Source: a virus
DNA length: 5,011 bases
Virus record (IMG/VR): IMGVR_UViG_3300020029_000227
Location: 1 to 5,011 of that record
Reading direction: 5' to 3' (one strand)
A program made the position numbers and the translations under genes. Positions 1 through 4,372 of this stretch are shown here, one piece after another; the stretch's first letter is position 1, and each line of letters opens with the position of its first letter. The notes under the pieces were generated by a model. That model saw only the letters and a program-made list of their open reading frames with translations, was not told where the DNA came from and ran no database searches.

Positions 1-121
1 TGGATTTAAAAATGGATTACGGTGTTCTAAAGGACTCGGCAAGTGTCACCTTACGAAGAGTTGGACGGAATTTTATCGCAAACAGTCCCGTTTATATTAC
101 ACTACCAAGGAAGGATATAAA
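1..121. repeat. Terminal direct repeat, identical to 4891-5011 (circular-contig overlap, not a biological repeat)
   Basis: Base-by-base reading shows 1-121 equals 4891-5011. 4890 is divisible by 3, so reading frames are preserved across the junction. Confidence 0.97.
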
Positions 122-397
122 GTGGCTTTGCCTGAGTATTGGCAACGAAAGATTTTTTCTCCCTCCGAACTCCGAAGGCTTCATTTCGAACATTCTGTCG
201 AGGAATCCTATAAACAACTCCGGCGTGAGGAGGATTTCCTTGATGTGTGGTTTACAAGACGGAAAACTTGTTCCTTTGAGGAGCTTGAATGCCTCTTTGA
301 AACCTCGCCCTATTTTGTCGATCACAGGAATAGGGAAAGAGATTTGCACAAATCAGTAATTATGTATGATTGTTTATTAAAGAAACATAAAATTTAA
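2..397 (+). CDS. Replication initiation protein VP4, C-terminal part (same gene as 4373-5011 after circularisation)
   Basis: The frame is continuous with 4373.. across the junction and stops at TAA 395-397. Track ORF 122..397 is this frame; its M is an internal GTG codon. It contains ...GFKNGLRCSKGLG...ALPEYWQRKIF..., typical of the region downstream of motif 3 in microvirus Rep proteins. Confidence 0.9.
   Translation, partial: GFKNGLRCSKGLGKCHLTKSWTEFYRKQSRLYYTTKEGYKVALPEYWQRKIFSPSELRRLHFEHSVEESYKQLRREEDFLDVWFTRRKTCSFEELECLFETSPYFVDHRNRERDLHKSVIMYDCLLKKHKI
12..359 (+). CDS. C-terminal 115 codons of candidate overprinted ORF-X, or alternatively a shorter embedded gene starting at ATG 12
   Basis: Track ORF 12..359 lies in the +1 frame of rep. 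ATG 12 sits in the context ATTTAAAAATGG, nearly identical to the capsid start context ATTTAAAATGG at 392-402. The frame is open upstream across the junction. No family was recognised. Confidence 0.35.
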   Translation: MDYGVLKDSASVTLRRVGRNFIANSPVYITLPRKDIKWLCLSIGNERFFLPPNSEGFISNILSRNPINNSGVRRISLMCGLQDGKLVPLRSLNASLKPRPILSITGIGKEICTNQ

Positions 398-398
398 A

Positions 399-2069
399 AT
401 GGCACGTAATAATATTAATTCGGTTTTATTGAAGAGACCTAAACGTAATAAGTTTGACCTCTCACGTGTGAATAAGCTTACTTGCGAGGCAGGTGAGATT
501 GTTCCTTTTTTCTTAGAAGAGTGTTTGCCGGATGATTCGTTTAAATTGGCTACTGCTAATCGTATTCGTCTTGCACCTCAGGTTCTTCCTCTTATGCATC
601 AAATTGATGTATCAATGTATTGGTTTTTTGTTCCCTGTCGTATTCTTTGGCCTAATTGGGAAGAGTTTATAACAGGTGGTAAAGATGGTACTTCTGAGCC
701 TATTATTCCTTATACTAATTTTGGTCAAGGTAGTTCTTCTCAAATGAGAACTGCTGGTGTTGGCATGCTTTCTGATTATCTAGGTGTGCCTACAAATGCT
801 GTTTCGGCTACCTTTGGTTCTATTGCTGCCAATTCTTTTAATTTTCTTCCTTTTTCCGCTTATATTAAGATTTATAATGATTATTTTCGTGATGAGAACT
901 TTACAAATGAGCTTCCTTTTGAATTGAAAGATGGTTATCAGAGGATAGATAGAAATACTACTGATAGTGCAGTTTCTACTGCTATTCAGGCTATTTATGG
1001 TGGTGCTATCAGCTCTCCTGTTGCTCATTCTTGGCAGCGTGTTTATGGAGGTTGTTTTTTAGCTTCTTGGAAAAAAGAGTATTTTACTTCTGCTCTTCCG
1101 AATATCCAGAGAGGCCCTGTTGTAAACATTCCTCTTGGTGATAAAGCGCCTGTTGTTTATAATGATGGTACTAGAGATGTTTCGCTTCGGATGGTTGATC
1201 AAGCTTCGACCGGTCTCTTTACTGAGGTTCAAGGCAATTTGCATGAAGATGGTAAACACTTTGATTTTCGTAACTCTGATGTTGTTGGAATTGGTCAGAA
1301 GGATATTTACGCAGATCTGTCTGATGCTACAAATACTAATATTATTGAGCTTCGCCGTGCTTTCCGGATTCAGGAATTTTTGGAACGCATGAATGCTGGT
1401 GGTTCTCGTCTTACTGAGATGATTTATTCAATGTTTGGCGTTAAATCTCCGGATGCCCGTTTGCAGCGTGCTGAATTTATTGGAGCTTCTCATAATCCGG
1501 TTCTTGTCGATGCTATTTATCAGACCTCGGCCTCTCAAGAAAATTCTCCTCTTGCTGATTTTGCTGGTAAGGCTATTTCAGTTGGTGGACAGAAGCCTAT
1601 TTCCTACTATTGTAAAGAACATGGTTATATCATGGGTCTTATGATTATTCGTCCTCGCCCCGAATATCAGAATATTACACGTCGTCACTGGCTTCATGGT
1701 TTGACTGGCAAGTTTGACTATTTTTGGCCTATTTTGGCTAATATTGGTGATCAAGAGATACAGAATCGTGAATTATATGCTGGTAATGGTGTTTCCACCA
1801 AAGTCTTTGGTTATACTCCTCGTTATCAAGAGTATAGATTTGCTCCTTCTGAAACTCATGGTGAAATGCAAACTGATTTGAAGTATTTTCATATGAATCG
1901 CATTTTTGATTCTACACCTGTTCTAAATCAGCAGTTTATGAATTGCACCCCTCGTACTGATATGTTTGCTGTCACTGATGGTAAAATTTCTCATCATTAT
2001 TGGTGTGAGATTTTGATTGGTTGTCAGGCTAAACGTCCTATTCCTAAGTTTGGTACTCCAATGCTTTAA
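399..2069 (+). CDS. Major capsid protein VP1 (Microviridae F-protein family), 556 aa
   Basis: The N-terminus ...RPKRNKFDLSRVNKLTCEAGEIVPFFLEECLPDDSF... matches the conserved microvirus capsid N-terminal signature (FDLS..., G.l.P, e.lPgD). The size fits gokushovirus-type VP1. T-ending codon bias is strong. The start is 1 nt after the rep stop. Confidence 0.95.
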   Translation: MARNNINSVLLKRPKRNKFDLSRVNKLTCEAGEIVPFFLEECLPDDSFKLATANRIRLAPQVLPLMHQIDVSMYWFFVPCRILWPNWEEFITGGKDGTSEPIIPYTNFGQGSSSQMRTAGVGMLSDYLGVPTNAVSATFGSIAANSFNFLPFSAYIKIYNDYFRDENFTNELPFELKDGYQRIDRNTTDSAVSTAIQAIYGGAISSPVAHSWQRVYGGCFLASWKKEYFTSALPNIQRGPVVNIPLGDKAPVVYNDGTRDVSLRMVDQASTGLFTEVQGNLHEDGKHFDFRNSDVVGIGQKDIYADLSDATNTNIIELRRAFRIQEFLERMNAGGSRLTEMIYSMFGVKSPDARLQRAEFIGASHNPVLVDAIYQTSASQENSPLADFAGKAISVGGQKPISYYCKEHGYIMGLMIIRPRPEYQNITRRHWLHGLTGKFDYFWPILANIGDQEIQNRELYAGNGVSTKVFGYTPRYQEYRFAPSETHGEMQTDLKYFHMNRIFDSTPVLNQQFMNCTPRTDMFAVTDGKISHHYWCEILIGCQAKRPIPKFGTPML

Positions 2070-2073
2070 TATT

Positions 2074-2463
2074 ATGAAGATTAGAAATAAATGGATTGAT
2101 AACGTGCCTCTTTCAGAGGTTTCTGAACCTGTTTTAGGTGAGTCTATGACTCTTCCTGATCAGAGTATGTCTATTACTGAGATTTTCCAGCGTTTTGCTT
2201 TAGGTCAACATCTTGATATTGGTGATACTCGTGATCCTGTTTATGGTGATACGATGGAAGAATATGAGTTTGATGAATTGCACGATATGCTTCCCAAGCG
2301 TGATGTAGATGAAGTTTTTGATCCCGAAGATAAAGAGTCTTCTCGATCGAGCGAAGGCGAGCAGGCTCCGGCCGTCCCTCGGACGGACATAGGCAAGGAG
2401 CCCGCACCGCAGGTCTCCGATTCTCCCTCAGAGAGCGAAAATCAGAGCGTAGCAGCGAAGTAA
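2074..2463 (+). CDS. Acidic protein, probable internal scaffolding protein (VP3-like), 129 aa, with a GC-rich disordered C-terminal tail
   Basis: ATG 2074 lies 4 nt after the capsid stop, in frame with track ORF 2017..2463. SMTLPDQSMSITEIFQRFALGQ...DPVYGD resembles the conserved core I recall in gokushovirus-type VP3 proteins. The product is highly acidic (D/E rich). Codons are T-biased up to about 2335, then GC-rich. Confidence 0.6.
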   Translation: MKIRNKWIDNVPLSEVSEPVLGESMTLPDQSMSITEIFQRFALGQHLDIGDTRDPVYGDTMEEYEFDELHDMLPKRDVDEVFDPEDKESSRSSEGEQAPAVPRTDIGKEPAPQVSDSPSESENQSVAAK

Positions 2464-2471
2464 CGTAGTGG

Positions 2472-2501
2472 ATAAGCTAAATACGCTTTGATTGAGCTTA
2501 T
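2472..2501 (+). other. Imperfect hairpin in the intergenic region
   Basis: ATAAGCT (2472-2478) pairs with AGCTTAT (2495-2501). Three further pairs follow after one mismatch, leaving an 8-nt loop. Confidence 0.5.
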
Positions 2502-2512
2502 ACGACGCCCCC

Positions 2513-2544
2513 AAGGCTAGGACGACTCCTAGCCTTAATTTTTT
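2513..2544 (+). terminator. Rho-independent terminator downstream of the VP1/VP3-like genes
   Basis: Perfect 9-bp stem AAGGCTAGG (2513-2521) with CCTAGCCTT (2528-2536), a 6-nt loop ACGACT, then AA and TTTTTT (2539-2544). Confidence 0.8.
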
Positions 2545-2552
2545 GTCAACTA

Positions 2553-2571
2553 GGCAAGACTTATTCTTGCC
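2553..2571 (+). other. Short perfect hairpin between terminator and promoter
   Basis: GGCAAGA (2553-2559) pairs with TCTTGCC (2565-2571) around the loop CTTAT. No T-tract follows. Confidence 0.5.
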
Positions 2572-2604
2572 GTGCGCCCCTTCTACTTGACATATTTATC
2601 GCAG

Positions 2605-2635
2605 TTGACACCAAATTTAAAAAATGTTAAATTTG
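2605..2635 (+). promoter_or_regulatory. Promoter driving the 66-aa orphan, the 171-aa orphan and downstream genes
   Basis: TTGACA (2605-2610), a 17-nt spacer, then TGtTAAATT as an extended -10 (2625-2633). The same -10 region reads TAAATTTG (2628-2635), matching the Bacteroidota -7 consensus TAnnTTTG. This is the only sizeable non-coding region, and it lies directly after the terminator. Confidence 0.6.
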
Positions 2636-2636
2636 G
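2611..2636. promoter_or_regulatory. Perfect 9-8-9 inverted repeat overlapping the -10 element (candidate operator, recombinase core site or origin element)
   Basis: CCAAATTTA (2611-2619), then AAAAATGT, then TAAATTTGG (2628-2636). The two arms are exact reverse complements. Confidence 0.6.
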
Positions 2637-2688
2637 ATTTTGTATTGTTTTTTTTATTACACTTGCATTGTAACTAAAACATACCAAT

Positions 2689-2889
2689 ATGAGACGTTAT
2701 TATTATTCTTTTTATTATGCTGAAGGTCCCATGAGAGGGGATTTGATTACCACTATTAATTTTGTTGTTTGTGGTTTTTTTAATGCTGAGTTTATGGCTA
2801 AGTGTTATTCTTACTGTTTGGCTCTTAGTAGTACTCCTTATTACTCTGTTAATTATGAATATATAAAATCTGAAATTTATGAAAGATAG
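2689..2889 (+). CDS. Hypothetical small protein, 66 aa, tyrosine/aromatic-rich
   Basis: By my count 45 of 67 codons end in T, the same bias as the capsid gene, which supports this frame as coding. It is the first ORF after the promoter and overlaps the next start by 11 nt. 12 Tyr and 5 Phe in 66 residues. No family was recognised. Confidence 0.55.
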   Translation: MRRYYYSFYYAEGPMRGDLITTINFVVCGFFNAEFMAKCYSYCLALSSTPYYSVNYEYIKSEIYER

Positions 2890-3394
2890 TAATTCTTATT
2901 TTGAAATGTTGCAGGCTCATTTTGCTTTAAAACGTCGTTCTATTGAATCTTTGATTAATCATCCTCGTATTCAAAAACAATCTCTTTGTGATCTTGCTTT
3001 TGAAGAGGCGCTTTTTAAAGGTATGCAAGATTTTCTTTCTTCTAGACCTATTATTTGTGATGTTGTTCAGAATAAGACTGGTAAACCTACTCCGGAGGTT
3101 GTTTTGACTCCTTGTTCTGTATTGCATGATATTTTGAATTATTATCCTGTTTATCAATGTACTTTGTTTGATGACAATAAGCTTGATTCTGTTATGTTTC
3201 AGGTTCTTTTTAAAGATGATCAGAATCAACCTGATCGGTTTATGATTTATCCTTTAAATTCTTTGGATGATATTCAGTCTTTGCCTGATAAGATAACTAA
3301 AGATACAGGCCGTCCTGTTGAGCTTTATCCTCTTTTTATTCGTGAGGCTGGTACTCTCGATTGGAAACCTTATTTGTCTGATTTAAAAGATTAA
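2879..3394 (+). CDS. Hypothetical protein, 171 aa (orphan accessory gene)
   Basis: Long ORF with strong T-ending codon bias. It is tightly packed, with a stop 4 nt before the VP2 start. I can recognise no motif. It is not part of the canonical microvirus core set. Confidence 0.8.
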   Translation: MKDSNSYFEMLQAHFALKRRSIESLINHPRIQKQSLCDLAFEEALFKGMQDFLSSRPIICDVVQNKTGKPTPEVVLTPCSVLHDILNYYPVYQCTLFDDNKLDSVMFQVLFKDDQNQPDRFMIYPLNSLDDIQSLPDKITKDTGRPVELYPLFIREAGTLDWKPYLSDLKD

Positions 3395-3398
3395 TATT

Positions 3399-4265
3399 AT
3401 GCCTCCTGAAATTGCTTCTGCTCTTATTGGAGCTGGTTCCGGTTTAGTTGGTAGCTTATTTGGCGGCGCTTCTAATAAGAAGGCTGCTAAGATTGCAGCT
3501 AAGCAGTCTGAAAAGAATCTTCAGACTCAGATTAATTATGCTCGAGAATCTGCTGATCTTGAATGGAAACGCAATTTGGAGCAGTGGAATCGTGAAAATG
3601 CTTATAATGATCCTTCGCAAGTTATTCAGCGTCTTCAGAATGCTGGTTTGTCGCCTGCTTTGGCTCTTGGTAATTATGGTGGTAATACTGCCGCTGGTTC
3701 TCCTAGTTATTCAATGGGTGATATTGATGCTTCAAAGGTCAAGTCCGCAGGTGCCGGACAGATTGGTCAGGCTTTTAGCCAGTTTCTTACAGGTATGATG
3801 CCTGCTGCGATGGAAATTATGAATCGCCGCCGTGATCTTGATTTAAAGGATACACAAGAGACGAATATAGCCGCGGACACTGATGTTAAGAGTACCGCTG
3901 CTGATCTTAATCGTGTTGAAGCTTTTACTCGTCAGATGAATGGTCTTATGGATTTTGCTTCTAAACATTTTGATTATAATATGAAGCGTCGTTTGGCTGA
4001 TAATACGTTGGAAATGGCTTCTGCGAATCTTCAGAAGCTTTATTTAGATATGGCTTCGTCTAGAAAGCTTAATGATTTGCGTGATCTTGAGATGGAATCT
4101 AAAAGAGGTGATTTGTGGCGTTTGCAGGTAGAGAAGGATAAATATCAGAAGATGGGTATACTTCCTGGTGAAGCTGGTATCTTTGGTTCTTTGAAAGGTC
4201 TTTTCTATGGTATTTTTAAAATGTTGTCTGGTTCAGAAGATCGTTCTGGCTTTTTTGAATATTAA
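3399..4265 (+). CDS. Minor capsid / DNA pilot protein (VP2, H-like), 288 aa
   Basis: Gly-rich hydrophobic N-terminus ALIGAGSGLVGSLFGG. The stretch YNDPSQVIQRLQNAGLSPALALG matches the conserved VP2 signature (YNsP..Q..Rl..AGLNP.L). The C-terminal half is predicted to be coiled-coil-like. Size and position fit VP2. Confidence 0.82.
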   Translation: MPPEIASALIGAGSGLVGSLFGGASNKKAAKIAAKQSEKNLQTQINYARESADLEWKRNLEQWNRENAYNDPSQVIQRLQNAGLSPALALGNYGGNTAAGSPSYSMGDIDASKVKSAGAGQIGQAFSQFLTGMMPAAMEIMNRRRDLDLKDTQETNIAADTDVKSTAADLNRVEAFTRQMNGLMDFASKHFDYNMKRRLADNTLEMASANLQKLYLDMASSRKLNDLRDLEMESKRGDLWRLQVEKDKYQKMGILPGEAGIFGSLKGLFYGIFKMLSGSEDRSGFFEY

Positions 4266-4283
4266 TTTTAAAATTTTATTGTT

Positions 4284-4370
4284 ATGAGAAGAAGAAAAAG
4301 AAGAGTTCGTCGTTCACGTCGTAGAAGAGTTCGTACTTATAGAGTTTCACGAGGTGGTATTAGGTTGTAG
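4284..4370 (+). CDS. Small arginine-rich DNA-binding/packaging peptide (phiX174 J-like / gokushovirus ORF8-VP8-like), 28 aa
   Basis: MRRRKRRVRRSRRRRVRTYRVSRGGIRL has 15 Arg and 1 Lys in 28 residues. It sits between VP2 and rep and stops 2 nt before the rep ATG. It is below the ORF-track length cutoff. Confidence 0.75.
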   Translation: MRRRKRRVRRSRRRRVRTYRVSRGGIRL

Positions 4371-4372
4371 TT

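Noticed and set aside
92-349. 85-aa ORF on the minus strand, antisense to the rep 3' part
   Set aside because: All recognisable genes, the promoter and the terminator are on the + strand. The tract is GC-richer and generally stop-poor, there are no start signals, and the sequence is uninformative. It is most likely a by-product of local composition.
122-397. Track ORF of 91 aa (MALPEYWQRK...) as an independent gene
   Set aside because: Its start is an internal GTG codon of the rep frame, and the frame is open upstream across the circular junction back to ATG 4373. It is simply the Rep C-terminus.
780-1259. Minus-strand ORFs 780..1028 and 1059..1259, antisense to the capsid gene
   Set aside because: They are the antisense of T-ending codons, which gives A-starting codons (K/R/N/I/S-rich low-complexity products). 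They are on the wrong strand for this genome class and have no signals.
1135-1644. Two hydrophobic +1-frame ORFs inside the capsid gene (1135..1392 and 1435..1644)
   Set aside because: The T-ending codon bias of VP1 puts T at codon position 2 in the +1 frame, which automatically yields Leu/Phe/Ile/Val-rich pseudo-proteins. They are short and stop-interrupted. An E-like lysis gene cannot be formally excluded, but nothing beyond the bias artefact supports one.
2017-2073. Upstream extension of the VP3-like ORF to ATG 2017 (148-aa form)
   Set aside because: The extra 19 codons lie inside the capsid C-terminus in another frame and encode a hydrophobic bias artefact (MVVRLNVLFLSLVLQCFNI). ATG 2074 sits 4 nt after the capsid stop, as at other junctions.
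2174-2407. 77-aa minus-strand ORF opposite the VP3-like gene and GC island
   Set aside because: It starts in the GC-rich stop-poor island and runs antisense to a codon-biased + strand gene. It has no signals, and its H/Q/R-rich composition is typical of a spurious frame.
2587-2592. First TTGACA hexamer as a second promoter -35
   Set aside because: No acceptable -10 follows at 16-18 nt (2610-2615 reads ACCAAA). It is more plausibly part of the repeated A(C/G)TTGACA box discussed as an origin or iteron candidate.
2624-2677. 17-codon mini-ORF (MLNLDFVLFFLLHLHCN) in the intergenic leader, preceded by ATTTAAAAAATG
   Set aside because: Its ATG lies inside the predicted extended -10 element, upstream of the expected transcription start. 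It is too short to evaluate. I noted it only because of the shared start context.
2927-3229. 100-aa minus-strand ORF antisense to the 171-aa gene
   Set aside because: It has the same antisense low-complexity signature (I/K/N/R-rich), and the + strand frame carries the genome-typical codon bias.
3448-3798. 116-aa very hydrophobic +1-frame ORF inside VP2, a possible phiX174 E-like embedded lysis gene
   Set aside because: It is the same T3-to-T2 frame artefact as in VP1. VP2 keeps its normal T-ending codon usage through this interval, so there is no sign of dual-coding constraint, unlike the rep tract. I kept it only as a remote lysis candidate.
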